NCBI GenBank assembly: GCA_903836945.1
Contig: CAILSO010000003.1
Coordinates: forward strand, 3,527 to 67,526
Direction of reading: 5' to 3'
Source of the DNA: an uncultured Actinomycetes bacterium
Lineage (GTDB): Bacteria > Actinomycetota > Actinomycetes > Nanopelagicales > Nanopelagicaceae
DNA: 64,000 bases
Shown here: one piece after another, positions 8,677 to 21,198 of the stretch
How positions within the stretch are numbered: position 1 is the stretch's first letter
Layout of the letters: each line of letters starts with the position of its first letter
Position numbers and translations under genes: made by a program
The notes under the pieces: generated by a model
What the model saw: the letters and a program-made list of their open reading frames with translations, nothing else
Database searches by the model: none
What the model was told of the DNA's origin: nothing

Positions 8677-9311
8677 TTACGAGCAACGACTGGTGATAAT
8701 CCAGCGCTGCGTTTTCTTGCATCAAGATCACCGCAGGCAACTAACCAGTTGCCTAGCATTTGATGTCCATATTCAGTTAGTACGGATTCTGGGTGAAATT
8801 GCACGCCAGAAATCGGCAGGGTTTTGTGTTGAATAGCCATGATGACGCCCGAGTCAGTGCTGCCAACTACTTCAAGTTCATCTGGAACACTCGCGCTTTC
8901 TATGGCCAATGAGTGATAACGAGTTGCAGTAAAGGGATCTGGAATATCAGCCAAGACGCCATGACCATTGTGATGAACTACAGAAGTCTTTCCATGAAGA
9001 AGTTCTGGAGCTCTAGAAACCTTGGCGCCGAAGGCAACACCGATTGCTTGGTGCCCGAGGCATACGCCAAATAATGGAATCTTATTTTTAGCGGCATATT
9101 TAATCATCGCAATACTTACACCGGCTTCTTCTGGAGTGCCCGGCCCAGGTGAAACTAATACGCCATCGAATTCTTTCGCCATCTCAACATTGACTTCATC
9201 ATTGCGAAGTACAGTGCAATCAGCACCAAGTTGGCCTAAATACTGAACTAGGTTGTAGACAAAGGAATCGTAGTTATCTATAACTAAAATTCGCTTTGAC
9301 GTTGAACTCAT
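8673..9311 (-). CDS. trpG: Glutamine amidotransferase, anthranilate/aminodeoxychorismate synthase component II
   Basis: 212 aa class-I GATase with GVCLGHQ and the HPES triad. It lies convergent to pknB, the same position as mycobacterial trpG. Confidence 0.88.
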   Translation of the reverse strand: MSSTSKRILVIDNYDSFVYNLVQYLGQLGADCTVLRNDEVNVEMAKEFDGVLVSPGPGTPEEAGVSIAMIKYAAKNKIPLFGVCLGHQAIGVAFGAKVSRAPELLHGKTSVVHHNGHGVLADIPDPFTATRYHSLAIESASVPDELEVVGSTDSGVIMAIQHKTLPISGVQFHPESVLTEYGHQMLGNWLVACGDLDARKRSAGLSPVVARN

Positions 9312-10367
9312 TTACTTACTGAATTCTTTAGCAACCAACTCGGCGATCTGCGCGGTATTTAGCGCCGCACCTTTACGTAAGTTATCGCCACATAGAAATA
9401 GATCTAATGAATGGGAATCATCTAAAGATTGGCGAACGCGACCAACCCATGTTGGATCTGTTCCGACGACATCAGCAGGGGTTGGGAATAAATGATTTGC
9501 TGGATCATCTACCAACTTAACTCCATCAGCCTTATTCAAAATTTTCTGCGCAGCCTTGCGGGTAACTTTCTTCTTGAAAGTAGCGTGCACTGCAAGTGAG
9601 TGAGTTGTAAGTACTGGAACTCGGACGCAGGTGGCTGAAACTTTAAGCTTCTTCATTCCTAGAATTTTGCGAGACTCATTTCGAACTTTTAACTCTTCGG
9701 AAGAATAACCCTCTTCTTTCAATGAACCAGCCCAAGGAACCACATTCAAAGCTAATGGCGCCGGAAATGGACCATTGTCTTTAATGTGTTGGCGTGAATC
9801 TCCCGCGGTATCGCCTGAGTTAGTTCCGGCAACGGCAGAAATCTGCGCGCGCAAAGTATCGATACCCGATTGACCAGCACCTGAAGCCGCTTGATATGAA
9901 GCAACAACTAATTCTTTTAGACCAAACTCCTTGTTTAGTGCGCCCATCGCAACGATCATGGAGAGTGTGGTGCAGTTTGGATTTGAAATAATTCCCTTTG
10001 GTCGCTTCTTGGCATCCTTTGGATTTACCTCTGGAACAACAAGTGGCACATCTGGATCCATTCGGAAGGCGCCAGAATTATCTACAACAACTGCGCCGCG
10101 TGCCGCAGCAATTGGACCCCACTCAGCTGAGATCTCATCTGGCACATCAAACATTGCGATATCGATGCCATCAAATGCTTCCGGAGATAGCGCGACAACA
10201 GTTAGCTCTTCACCGCGGCAAACCAGTTTCTTTCCAGCACTTCTTGCCGAAGCAATTAATCTGATCTCACCATAGACATTTGGTCGCTTACTTAAAATAT
10301 CTAGCATTACGGTTCCGACTGCGCCGGTAGCGCCTACAACAGCAAGGGTTGGAAGGCTCTTACTCAT
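9312..10367 (-). CDS. asd: Aspartate-semialdehyde dehydrogenase
   Basis: 351 aa with an N-terminal GATGAVG Rossmann motif and the active-site NPNCTT. It overlaps the ask stop by 4 nt (ATGA), forming the classic ask-asd operon. Confidence 0.93.
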   Translation of the reverse strand: MSKSLPTLAVVGATGAVGTVMLDILSKRPNVYGEIRLIASARSAGKKLVCRGEELTVVALSPEAFDGIDIAMFDVPDEISAEWGPIAAARGAVVVDNSGAFRMDPDVPLVVPEVNPKDAKKRPKGIISNPNCTTLSMIVAMGALNKEFGLKELVVASYQAASGAGQSGIDTLRAQISAVAGTNSGDTAGDSRQHIKDNGPFPAPLALNVVPWAGSLKEEGYSSEELKVRNESRKILGMKKLKVSATCVRVPVLTTHSLAVHATFKKKVTRKAAQKILNKADGVKLVDDPANHLFPTPADVVGTDPTWVGRVRQSLDDSHSLDLFLCGDNLRKGAALNTAQIAELVAKEFSK

Positions 10368-10885
10368 CTTCCGGTACCTCCGTAAACAACTGCTTCGACT
10401 TGATCGGTATCTAATTCAAATGCGGTGTGTGCCGCCTTAACGCCTTTCTCTAAATCTTCCTGGCGGCAGATAATTGAAATACGAATTTCAGAAGTTGAAA
10501 TCATTTCGATGTTGACGCCGGCATCAGCCAAGCATGCAAAGAAGGTAGCGGTGACTCCTGGGTGGGAACGCATTCCTGCACCAACCAATGAGAGCTTTCC
10601 GATTTGATCATCGTATTGAATTGAGGCAAATCCAATTTCACCTTGAATACGTTGCAAGATCGAAGTTGCTTCTGCACCTTCCGACTTTGGGAGCGTAAAA
10701 GAAATATCTGTTAAACCAGTGGCGGCGGCAGAAACATTCTGCACAATCATGTCGATATTGATATCGGCGTCGGCGATTGCTTGGAAGATGCGCGCTGCAA
10801 CACCAGAACGGTCAGGGACTCCAATAACGGTTACTTTCGCCTCACTCTTATCGTGTGCGATTCCCGCGATGATTGCTTGCTCCAT
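10364..10885 (-). CDS. lysC: Aspartate kinase beta subunit from an in-frame internal start (predicted)
   Basis: An in-frame ATG at 10883-10885 (codon 252, [18 protein letters not shown]) is preceded on the coding strand by GGGGGGAGAGAGCAAT. This is the position and peptide context of the LysC-beta start in Corynebacterium and Mycobacterium. Confidence 0.6.
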   Translation of the reverse strand: MEQAIIAGIAHDKSEAKVTVIGVPDRSGVAARIFQAIADADINIDMIVQNVSAAATGLTDISFTLPKSEGAEATSILQRIQGEIGFASIQYDDQIGKLSLVGAGMRSHPGVTATFFACLADAGVNIEMISTSEIRISIICRQEDLEKGVKAAHTAFELDTDQVEAVVYGGTGR

Positions 10886-11638
10886 ATTGCTCTCTCCCCC
10901 CGGGTGGTCTTTAACTACCCAAGTTCCTTCGTTATTTGAAAATGATGATCGGACATGTATTGGTAGATCAAAGCGGCGGGCATATTCAACGCAACGAAGG
11001 TGTAACACCTTTGCGCCGGATGCTGCTAATTCCAACATCTCTTCATATGTGACTGTCTTTAATTTTCTCGCAGATGGAACAACTCGTGGATCGGCCGAAA
11101 AGATTCCATCAACATCGGTATAGATTTCACAAACATCTGCTTCTAAAGCAGCAGCTAGTGCGACGGCAGTTGTGTCAGATCCACCACGACCAAGGGTTGT
11201 TACATCTTTTGTCTCTTGATTAATTCCTTGAAAGCCGGCAACGATTGCGATCGCACCATCGTTTAGCGCCTCAGTTATTCGACCAGGCGCAACATCGATG
11301 ATGCGCGCTTTGCCATGTGTTGATGTTGTAAGGACTCCGGCTTGCGATCCAGTGAAGGATCTAGCCTCATGTCCAAGATTTCCAATTGCCATTGCCAAGA
11401 GCGCCATTGAGATTCGCTCTCCGGCCGTTAGCAACATATCTAACTCGCGACCATTTGGAAGTGGCGATACTTGATTAGCAAGATCCAAGAGTTCGTCGGT
11501 CGTATCGCCCATGGCCGATACGACTACAACGACTTGGTGGCCAGCTTTTTTGGTGGCCACGATTCGATTGGCGACTCGCTTTAGCCCTTCGGCATCAGCG
11601 ACGGAAGAGCCGCCATATTTCTGCACAATCAAACCCAT
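10364..11638 (-). CDS. lysC: Aspartate kinase (alpha subunit reading frame)
   Basis: 424 aa with KYGGSS at the N-terminus, an amino-acid kinase fold and two C-terminal ACT repeats. Confidence 0.95.
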   Translation of the reverse strand: MGLIVQKYGGSSVADAEGLKRVANRIVATKKAGHQVVVVVSAMGDTTDELLDLANQVSPLPNGRELDMLLTAGERISMALLAMAIGNLGHEARSFTGSQAGVLTTSTHGKARIIDVAPGRITEALNDGAIAIVAGFQGINQETKDVTTLGRGGSDTTAVALAAALEADVCEIYTDVDGIFSADPRVVPSARKLKTVTYEEMLELAASGAKVLHLRCVEYARRFDLPIHVRSSFSNNEGTWVVKDHPGGESNMEQAIIAGIAHDKSEAKVTVIGVPDRSGVAARIFQAIADADINIDMIVQNVSAAATGLTDISFTLPKSEGAEATSILQRIQGEIGFASIQYDDQIGKLSLVGAGMRSHPGVTATFFACLADAGVNIEMISTSEIRISIICRQEDLEKGVKAAHTAFELDTDQVEAVVYGGTGR

Positions 11639-11785
11639 GGGATTAATAATGAACCATAATCTAAATCGATGTAACTGAATATAGGGACTTTCTCATATAG
11701 TGATACGGCCGAGCCTCTCACATAATGAGATAAATACCCATCGCAAATCCGCCCGCTCAACCGGCCGGCGCTCTAGCCTTAACTC

Positions 11786-13756
11786 ATGACCCTCCTTGGC
11801 GCCCTGGCTTACCTGATCTCCATCGTAGCGATTGCTGCAATCGCAATACGGTCAATAACTTTACTTGAACGAATCAGCGCCGGGCAGAGCGATCCGCGCA
11901 GATTCGATAACAAGAAGGCCAGATTTAATTCTGCCTTTAAAGAGATTCTTACTCACACCAAGATGCTTCGTTTTACTGGATCGGGCATAGCCCATTGGTT
12001 TGTCATGGTGGGCTTTGTTTCGCTCCTAGGAACTCTAGTAACAGCTTATGGTCAGATCGTAAATCCTTCATTCACCCTGCCACTGATTGGTAATTGGACT
12101 CCGTATCGCTTCTTCGTTTTATTTATCGCGTGGACAACCGGCATCGGAATCGTTGCCTTAATCGGAATTCGCCAAGTAACTCGCTTTGTACACACGAGCA
12201 GAACCTCGCGCTTTCTCGGTTCGGGTTCTTGGAAAGCTTATTATGTTGAAGCAACAATTCTTGCGATTGTATTTTGTGTAATTCTTCTAGATCGCGCAGA
12301 ACATCAAAGTTATATCGACCAATCACAAATTCAATTAATTGCCGCAATAAAGATTATAGTTTCGATGGTTTGGTTTATTGTCATTGCAATAAATCTAACT
12401 ATGGGGGTTGCTTGGCATAGATTCTTAGCACCTTTCAACATTTTCTTTAAGAGAAATCTTGATGCTACCCCCGCCCTTGGTGAGCTTCCAGAGATGTATT
12501 CGCATGGCAAGCCAATTAACTTCGAAGATCCAAGTGAAGATGATGTATTTGGAATCGGAAAGAGCGCGGATATTTCTTGGAAGGGCTTGCTTGATATGGC
12601 GAGCTGTACTGAATGTGGTCGCTGCCAATCTCAATGTCCGGCATGGCATACCGATAAACCGCTCTCACCAAAGTTACTTATTATGGCGATGCGAGATCAC
12701 GCATTAACCAATTTAGATGGCGCCAAAGCAGAGGAACCCATTGTTGGAAATATTATTTCGCCGGATGTTCTATGGTCATGTACCTCCTGTGGCGCCTGCG
12801 TAAATGAATGTCCGGTTGATATCGAACATATCGACCACATCGTAAATATGCGCCGTTTCCAAGTTTTAGTTGAGTCAGAATTCCCAACTGAACTTGGTAC
12901 CACCTTTAAGAATCTAGAAAAGGCTGGCAATCCATGGGGCGCAAATAGAACTGATCGCGATGGTTGGATCGCTGAATGCGACTTTCCAATTAGAGTCATT
13001 GAGGATGTAATTCCCGAAGATGTTGAATATTTATTCTGGGTTGGCTGTGCTGGTGCCTACGAAGAGCGCGCCAAGAAGACCACAAAGGCTGTCGCCGAAC
13101 TTCTTTATATGTCTGGCACAACTTTTGGTGTTTTAGGTAAGCGCGAGACCTGTTCTGGTGACCCGGCCCGCAGAGCCGGAAACGAATTCCTTTACCAAAT
13201 ACTTTCAAGAGAAAATATTGAAACTCTGCAAGAGACTTTTGGTTCGCGCGGAGTTAAGAAGGTTGTAGTTACCTGTCCTCATTGCTTTACAACGATTGGC
13301 CGTGATTACAAACAGCAGGGCTTTGAATTGCAGATGGTTCACCACACTCAATTACTTAATACCTTGATTAAGGAAGGAAAGCTTAAAACTAGTCCGCATA
13401 AGTCTGATCAAAAACTTACCTATCATGACCCTTGTTACCTCGGTCGTCACAATCAGATTTATCAACCACCACGTGAGCTTCTGGAATCAACCGGCGTTGA
13501 GATTACTGAGATGCCACGAAATCAAGATCGTTCATTTTGTTGTGGCGCCGGCGGTGGTCGAATGTGGATGGAGGAGACGCTCGGAACAAGAATTAACTTA
13601 AACCGAGTTGATGAAGCGATTGCAACTGGTGCCGATCAAGTTGCGGTGGCTTGTCCATTCTGCCGCGTGATGGTTTCTGATGGAATGACCGCCCGTGAAT
13701 CTTCAACTGAAGTTTTAGATGTTGCTCAAGTTCTTTTGAAAAACATCAAGGCGTAG
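11786..13756 (+). CDS. Membrane-anchored Fe-S oxidoreductase (HdrD/GlpC-like, two CCG domains)
   Basis: 656 aa. The hydrophobic N-terminal ~230 aa are followed by two ferredoxin motifs (CTECGRCQSQCP, CTSCGACVNECP). Two Cys-rich CCG-type repeats follow (VGCAG...TCPHC, CCGAGGG...CPFC). Confidence 0.8.
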   Translation: MTLLGALAYLISIVAIAAIAIRSITLLERISAGQSDPRRFDNKKARFNSAFKEILTHTKMLRFTGSGIAHWFVMVGFVSLLGTLVTAYGQIVNPSFTLPLIGNWTPYRFFVLFIAWTTGIGIVALIGIRQVTRFVHTSRTSRFLGSGSWKAYYVEATILAIVFCVILLDRAEHQSYIDQSQIQLIAAIKIIVSMVWFIVIAINLTMGVAWHRFLAPFNIFFKRNLDATPALGELPEMYSHGKPINFEDPSEDDVFGIGKSADISWKGLLDMASCTECGRCQSQCPAWHTDKPLSPKLLIMAMRDHALTNLDGAKAEEPIVGNIISPDVLWSCTSCGACVNECPVDIEHIDHIVNMRRFQVLVESEFPTELGTTFKNLEKAGNPWGANRTDRDGWIAECDFPIRVIEDVIPEDVEYLFWVGCAGAYEERAKKTTKAVAELLYMSGTTFGVLGKRETCSGDPARRAGNEFLYQILSRENIETLQETFGSRGVKKVVVTCPHCFTTIGRDYKQQGFELQMVHHTQLLNTLIKEGKLKTSPHKSDQKLTYHDPCYLGRHNQIYQPPRELLESTGVEITEMPRNQDRSFCCGAGGGRMWMEETLGTRINLNRVDEAIATGADQVAVACPFCRVMVSDGMTARESSTEVLDVAQVLLKNIKA

Positions 13757-14292
13757 GTAATTACAAAACCGCCTACTAACCCACCGACGTGGGCATGCCA
13801 ATCAATACCTGGCAGGACAAAGGTAATTATTAGGTTGACGATCACAACGCCAATTACATTTTGGTAATTAGCACCGGCCTTCTTTCCAATTACCACTAGC
13901 GCTGCAAATAATCCGAAGATCGCGCCAGAGGCGCCAACTGCATATTGATTGTGTGGCCCGAGGAAGACCGAAGCGAGTGAGGCTGTGACCAGCGAGAATA
14001 AAAATATAATCGCAAAACGAATTTGTCCAACAAATCGCTCCACGCTCTCACCGATTGAATACAAGGCGAGCATGTTAAAAATTAAATGCATCCAACCCGC
14101 GTGAACCAGTGCCACCGTAAAGATTCGATACCACTGGCCAGTATGCACGCCTGGAAAATATCCATTTGCATACTGTCCACCGTAAAAGAGTGCGAGCTTG
14201 CTCTGCAGATCTGGCAGTAAATAAGTTGTAATTAAAAAGGTGCCAGAAATTAAAACAATCAGTGAGGTAGTCAGCGATTGTTTTTGGCGCAT
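13726..14292 (-). CDS. Rhomboid-family intramembrane serine protease
   Basis: 188 aa polytopic protein with the catalytic GASGAIFG motif and a downstream AHVGG histidine. It is adjacent to ppiA, as in many actinobacteria. Confidence 0.85.
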   Translation of the reverse strand: MRQKQSLTTSLIVLISGTFLITTYLLPDLQSKLALFYGGQYANGYFPGVHTGQWYRIFTVALVHAGWMHLIFNMLALYSIGESVERFVGQIRFAIIFLFSLVTASLASVFLGPHNQYAVGASGAIFGLFAALVVIGKKAGANYQNVIGVVIVNLIITFVLPGIDWHAHVGGLVGGFVITYALMFFKRT

Positions 14293-14299
14293 TTACAAA

Positions 14300-14812
14300 C
14301 TATTCGGAGATAGTTACAGATTCGATTTTGATTGCCTGAACTGGGCGGTCCTGGCCACCAGTCTTAACGCCGGCAATCGCATCGACAACCTTTTGTGACG
14401 CGGCATCTTTAACTTCACCGAAGATGGAGTGCTTGCGATTTAACCAAGCAGTCTCGGCTACGGTAATGAAGAATTGTGAACCATTTGTTCCGGGTCCCGC
14501 ATTAGCCATTGCTAGTAGATATGGACGATCAAAATTTAACTCTGGGTGGAATTCATCAGCAAAGCGATAGCCCGGTCCACCAGTTCCATTTCCAAGTGGA
14601 TCGCCACCTTGGATCATGAAGTTCGCGATAACGCGGTGAAATACGGTTCCATCATAAAGATTCTTAGTTGTCTTCTCGCCAGTAATTGGATCAACCCATT
14701 CACGCTTCCCCGTTGCAAGTTCTACAAAGTTTGCAACGGTCTTTGGTGCATGATTTGGAAAAAGTTCAACGACGATATCGCCCATGCTGGTGTGAAGGGT
14801 TGCGGTAGACAT
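14300..14812 (-). CDS. ppiA: Peptidyl-prolyl cis-trans isomerase, cyclophilin type
   Basis: 170 aa with FHRVIANFMIQGGDP and GTNGSQFFI cyclophilin signatures. Confidence 0.95.
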   Translation of the reverse strand: MSTATLHTSMGDIVVELFPNHAPKTVANFVELATGKREWVDPITGEKTTKNLYDGTVFHRVIANFMIQGGDPLGNGTGGPGYRFADEFHPELNFDRPYLLAMANAGPGTNGSQFFITVAETAWLNRKHSIFGEVKDAASQKVVDAIAGVKTGGQDRPVQAIKIESVTISE

Positions 14813-14835
14813 AACTATCTCTTCTCTCTTAGAAA

Positions 14836-15840
14836 CTAACGTGTTACTCGATAAAGGTTAAGGGGCAAGAGTAGCGCAACCCCGATAGGTAGCGCCCACC
14901 AAGCATTCATCCGCGAATGAACCAGCAGGTTTGTTGCCTCCATGCTCGCCAAGATAATGGCAAAGCCAATTAGGTCATCGCCAATTAAGAAGTCATACCA
15001 AAAATAAGCAAAGTCCTTAATTAACTTCTTAAAACCTCGATCACTCATAATGATTTCTTCATCTACATCATCAAAATCTGAGGTATCGCTCTCTGCCTTC
15101 AAAGATTTAACTTTTTTATTAGAGAGAATTCTTACTAATCCAAAGGTAAATAAAAATAGCGTTGGGATGATCACAACTAAAGCTGCATCTCCATGGGGCC
15201 AGATAGCTCCGGCTCCTTGCGCCGCCCAGAAGATTCCAAATGAGGTTAGCAATATTCCGACCGAATATTTCATGGTGTTCTCTGGAACTTGCGCTAGTGG
15301 CCTTCGCAAAGCAAAACCCGCAGCGATAACTATTAGAACAGCAGTGAGTGCCGCTATGGAAGCCAACCCAACTTTGTGTTGAATGGTTCCGAAGGTTAAA
15401 ACAATAAAAGCAACTTCTAGACCTTCGAGAAGGACCGCCTTAAAGGAAAGGGTGAAGGCATACCAATCGGCCACACCAAACTTTTGATCAGCCTTCGCTC
15501 GTTTAGCTGCTGCTAACTCTTCTTGGAATATCGCTTCTTCATCATGAAGAGCTTTAAAACCAGATGCTCGCAAAATTGCCTTTCGAATCCACTGTAAGCC
15601 AAAAACAAGTAATAAGCCTCCAACAAATAATTGGAGTGAACTTCTTGGCACACTTGAAATATTTGGACCTAATGCCGCAATGATTAAGCCAAGAGTGAAA
15701 AGACCAGCAGCACTTCCAAGAAGTGAAGATTTCCAATCGCGTGCAGTTCCTGCCGCTAGAACTATGGTTGTTGCTTCAACTGCTTCAACTGCGCAGGCAA
15801 GAAATACTGAGATAAAAAGCGCGAGATTATTTCCACTCAT
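14836..15840 (-). CDS. Polytopic membrane protein (COG4280-like, two E-x-x-E-containing repeats)
   Basis: I trimmed the ORF-track entry 14836..15915 to the ATG at 15838-15840 (MSGNNLALFISVF...). The upstream 25 codons are the tRNA-Ala gene read as protein. The repeated motifs are AVEAVEATTIVLAAGT and LLEGLEVAFIVLTFGT. Function unknown. Confidence 0.65.
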   Translation of the reverse strand: MSGNNLALFISVFLACAVEAVEATTIVLAAGTARDWKSSLLGSAAGLFTLGLIIAALGPNISSVPRSSLQLFVGGLLLVFGLQWIRKAILRASGFKALHDEEAIFQEELAAAKRAKADQKFGVADWYAFTLSFKAVLLEGLEVAFIVLTFGTIQHKVGLASIAALTAVLIVIAAGFALRRPLAQVPENTMKYSVGILLTSFGIFWAAQGAGAIWPHGDAALVVIIPTLFLFTFGLVRILSNKKVKSLKAESDTSDFDDVDEEIIMSDRGFKKLIKDFAYFWYDFLIGDDLIGFAIILASMEATNLLVHSRMNAWWALPIGVALLLPLNLYRVTR

Positions 15841-15857
15841 ATATGAAGCGTAACTTG

Positions 15858-15930
15858 TGGAGACCAGGGGAATCGAACCCCTAACCCCCGCCTTGCAAAG
15901 GCGGTGCTCTACCAATTGAGCTAGGTCCCC
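15858..15930 (-). tRNA. tRNA-Ala (anticodon UGC), no encoded CCA
   Basis: The reverse strand reads GGGGACCTAGCTCAATTGGTAGAGCACCGCCTTTGCAAGGCGGGGGTTAGGGGTTCGATTCCCCTGGTCTCCA. It has the G3:U70 identity pair and the anticodon loop TTTGCAA. The 3' flank is CAA, not CCA. Confidence 0.92.
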
Positions 15931-15995
15931 GTGTTATCGGGTACTTGCAAACCTTATCTAAATTTTGTCCTTAAACTAAATTTAGCTAAAACGTT

Positions 15996-16073
15996 TGGTG
16001 GGCCTAGGTGGACTCGAACCACCGACCTCTTCCTTATCAGGGAAGCGCTCTAACCAGGCTGAGCTATAGGCCC
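15996..16073 (-). tRNA. tRNA-Ile (anticodon GAU), CCA encoded
   Basis: The reverse strand reads GGGCCTATAGCTCAGCCTGGTTAGAGCGCTTCCCTGATAAGGAAGAGGTCGGTGGTTCGAGTCCACCTAGGCCCACCA. The tRNA-Ile then tRNA-Ala order downstream of gyrA matches Mycobacterium. Confidence 0.92.
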
Positions 16074-16150
16074 AAACGCTGGTGAAGGCTACCCGACTAT
16101 GAGGCATAGGTGCAAAGTGCCGTATTTACGCCTGACTAATGCGAGTTAAA

Positions 16151-18639
16151 TCAGCTAATTTCCGCTTCATCTTTAACTTGGGTGATTGAGACAACTGAGA
16201 TTCCTTCATCAAGGTTAACCAATCTAACTCCCAAGGTATCGCGGGATGTTTCGCGAATTTCCGAACATGCAGTTCTAATCACAACACCACCGGAAGTTAT
16301 TGCCAAAATTTCATCGCTCTCTTCAACAATCATTGCACCAACCAATACGCCACGAGATCCTTCATCGATCTTCGCGGCTTTAACTCCAAGGCCACCGCGA
16401 TTTTGCGGACGATACTCTTCAATTGAAGTGCGTTTTGCAAAACCACCATCCGTCGCCGTTAATACAAATTTAGCCGAAGATAAATCAGTAATCGCGGCCA
16501 TGGTTAATAGTTGATCATTGGATCTAAATTTCATACCAATAACGCCAGACGTCGATCGGCCCATTGATCTGATTGATTCTTCTGAAGTTGCAAAGCGAAG
16601 GGACATGCCATTTTTTGAAACCAACAAGAGTTCATCTTTATCGCTAACTAGCGCCGCTGAAACTACTTCATCGCCCTCTTTAAGATTAATTGCAATTAAT
16701 CCGCCAGAACGCGGTGAATCGTATTCAAGCAAAGGTGACTTCTTAACTATGCCGCCACGGGTTGCGATTGCCAAGTATGGATGTGATTCATAGTTCTTGA
16801 CCGCAATAACTTGTGCAATTGATTCATCTGGCTTAAAGGCCAAAAGGTTTGCCACGTGTTGACCACGAGCATCGCGACCGGCATCAGGAAGTTCGTGAAC
16901 CTTGGCCCGATAAACCCGACCCTTATTGGTGAAGAAAAGCAACCAATCATGGGTTGAGGCAACGAAGAAGTGTTCAACTAAATCATCTTGCTTTAGCGCA
17001 GCGCCCTTAACTCCCTTGCCGCCGCGACGTTGTGATCGATAGAGATCGGCCTTGGTGCGCTTGGAATAACCGGTCTTAGTAATAGTTACGACAACATCTT
17101 GTTCAGGAATTAAATCTTCAACCGAAAGATCGTTATCGGCTGCGATTATTTGAGTACGACGTTCGTTGCCATATTTGGCAGTTAACTCTTGTAATTCAAC
17201 TTTAATAATCTCTCTTTGCTTAGCCTCAGAAGCCAAAATGGTATTTAGTTCGGTGATCTCGGCCATCAAGCCTTCGTATTCATCGTTGATCTTCTGTCGT
17301 TCTAACGCAGCAATACGACGCAACTGCATATCCAAAATTGCATTTGCTTGAATCTCATCAACATCCAAGAGTTTCATCAAACCGGTACGGGCTTCTTCCG
17401 GTGTTTTTGATGCGCGGATCAGCGCAATAACGGCATCTAAGGCATCTAGCGCCTTTAGATAGCCACGCAGAATATGCGCGCGCTTTTCGCGTTCAACTAG
17501 GCGGTACTTGGTGCGGCGAACAATTACTTCAACTTGGTGCTCGATGTAATAACGGATGAACTCGTCAATGCGCAGAGTTCTAGGGACGCCATCGACTAGC
17601 GCCAACATATTTGCACCAAAGGAATCTTGTAATTGGGTCTGCTTGTAAAGGTTATTTAAGACCACCTTAGGAGTGGCATCGTTGCGAAGAACAATTACCA
17701 ATCTTTGACCTAGGCGCTCGTTACCTTCATCGCGCACATCAGCGATGCCCTTGATTTTTCCATCTTTAACTAATTCGGCAATCTTTAGCGCCAAGTTATC
17801 TGGGTTCACTTGATATGGAAGTTCTGTAACTACCAAACATGTGCGCTTATTTATTTCTTCAATCTCGACAACTGCGCGCATAATGATTGATCCGCGGCCA
17901 GTTCGGTAAGCATCTTCAATTCCCTTGCGGCCTACAATCAGAGCTTTGGTTGGGAAATCTGGACCTTTAACAATTGTTAAAAGCTTCTCTAATAAATCTT
18001 TTGGATCTGCATCAGGATTCTCTAACGCCCAGACAACACCTTCAACAACCTCATTTAAATTGTGTGGCGGAATATTTGTTGCCATACCAACGGCAATTCC
18101 GGCAGAACCATTAACTAAAAGATTTGGAAAACGTGAAGGTAAAACAACTGGCTCTTGCGATCTTCCGTCGTAATTGGAAATGAAATCAACGGTATCTTCA
18201 TCGATATCGCGCATCATCTCCATAGCGAGCGGCGCTAGCCTTGCTTCGGTATAACGCATCGCTGCAGCAGGATCATTACCTGGTGAACCAAAGTTTCCGT
18301 TTCCATCAATCAATGGATAACGAAGTGACCAGAACTGAGCTAAGCGAACAACAGCATCGTAAATAGCGGTGTCACCATGAGGGTGGTAATTACCCATGAC
18401 ATCACCGACGATGCGAGAAGATTTGTAGTAACCCTTATCTGGACGATAGCCCGCGTCGTACATTGCATAAAGAACCCGGCGATGCACTGGCTTTAAACCA
18501 TCGCGAATATCTGGAAGTGCTCGGCCAACAATGACCGACATTGCATAATCTAAATAAGAGCGCGCCATCTCCACTTGGAGATCGACAGATTCGATTCGAT
18601 CGTGTGGGAGTGTCTTATCCTCATTCATATTCTCAGCCA

Positions 18640-18640
<1 letters not shown>
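16151..18640 (-). CDS. gyrA: DNA gyrase subunit A
   Basis: 829 aa with a QRDR-type region [17 protein letters not shown], the active-site Tyr context [11 protein letters not shown] and C-terminal beta-pinwheel repeats. No intein is present. The start overlaps the gyrB stop by 1 nt (TAATG). Confidence 0.97.
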
Positions 18641-20676
<2,036 letters not shown>

Positions 20677-20745
20677 CTAGTCACTTCAGGGGTAGGTAAC
20701 CAATGAATTCGGGGCTTGTGGGGATAAATGGCAGGGTTTTGGCGC

Positions 20746-21198
20746 CTAGCCGTAGGTATCTCTAGGACCGCGTGCATTCTTAATCGTACGCAGGCCCTTC
20801 TTCCAACTTGGTGCATTTGGTCCCAGGATTCGAAGACTCTCCACCAAGGCGCCCGGGGCTGAATTGGAAATTGTCTTTATCAATTCATCGCGCATGATCT
20901 CAAGCTGAGTTGCCCATGCCGTCGATTTAGTTTGAATCGTCAATTCGCCATCTACCAAAGCAATAGGAGTTGAGTGCGTTGCTAAATCATCACCAACAAT
21001 TTTATTCCAGTCGGTAAAAATATTTCCTTCAGCTAAACCCTGCCGCCAATCTCGCTTAACAATCAATTCACCTAAGACATCGCTAAATTTTTGTGGGTCA
21101 TCAATTTTAACTCTTTCTTCATCAACGCTATGTGAGCGAGTTCGTCTTGGTTGATTGCGAAATGCTTTATAAAGTTCGCGTGCTAAATCTCTGGCCAT
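20746..21198 (-). CDS. dciA: DUF721 protein, DciA-type replicative helicase operator
   Basis: 150 aa. It sits between recF and gyrB, the same position as mycobacterial Rv0004. The DUF721-like core is W..IVG..LA.HS.P..L.DGEL.I....AWATQL. Confidence 0.75.
   Translation of the reverse strand: MARDLARELYKAFRNQPRRTRSHSVDEERVKIDDPQKFSDVLGELIVKRDWRQGLAEGNIFTDWNKIVGDDLATHSTPIALVDGELTIQTKSTAWATQLEIMRDELIKTISNSAPGALVESLRILGPNAPSWKKGLRTIKNARGPRDTYG

Noticed and set aside
11639-11785. Possible lysine riboswitch or other leader upstream of the aspartate kinase gene
   Set aside because: The 147-bp divergent spacer is shorter than a typical L-box. I could not find the conserved L-box core elements. It also has to hold the promoter of the divergent Fe-S oxidoreductase gene. 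An Rfam scan would settle the question.
15841-15915. N-terminal 25 codons of ORF 14836..15915 (MVEHRLCKAGVRGSIPLVSTSYASY)
   Set aside because: This stretch is the tRNA-Ala gene translated as protein. The CDS is trimmed to the ATG at 15840.
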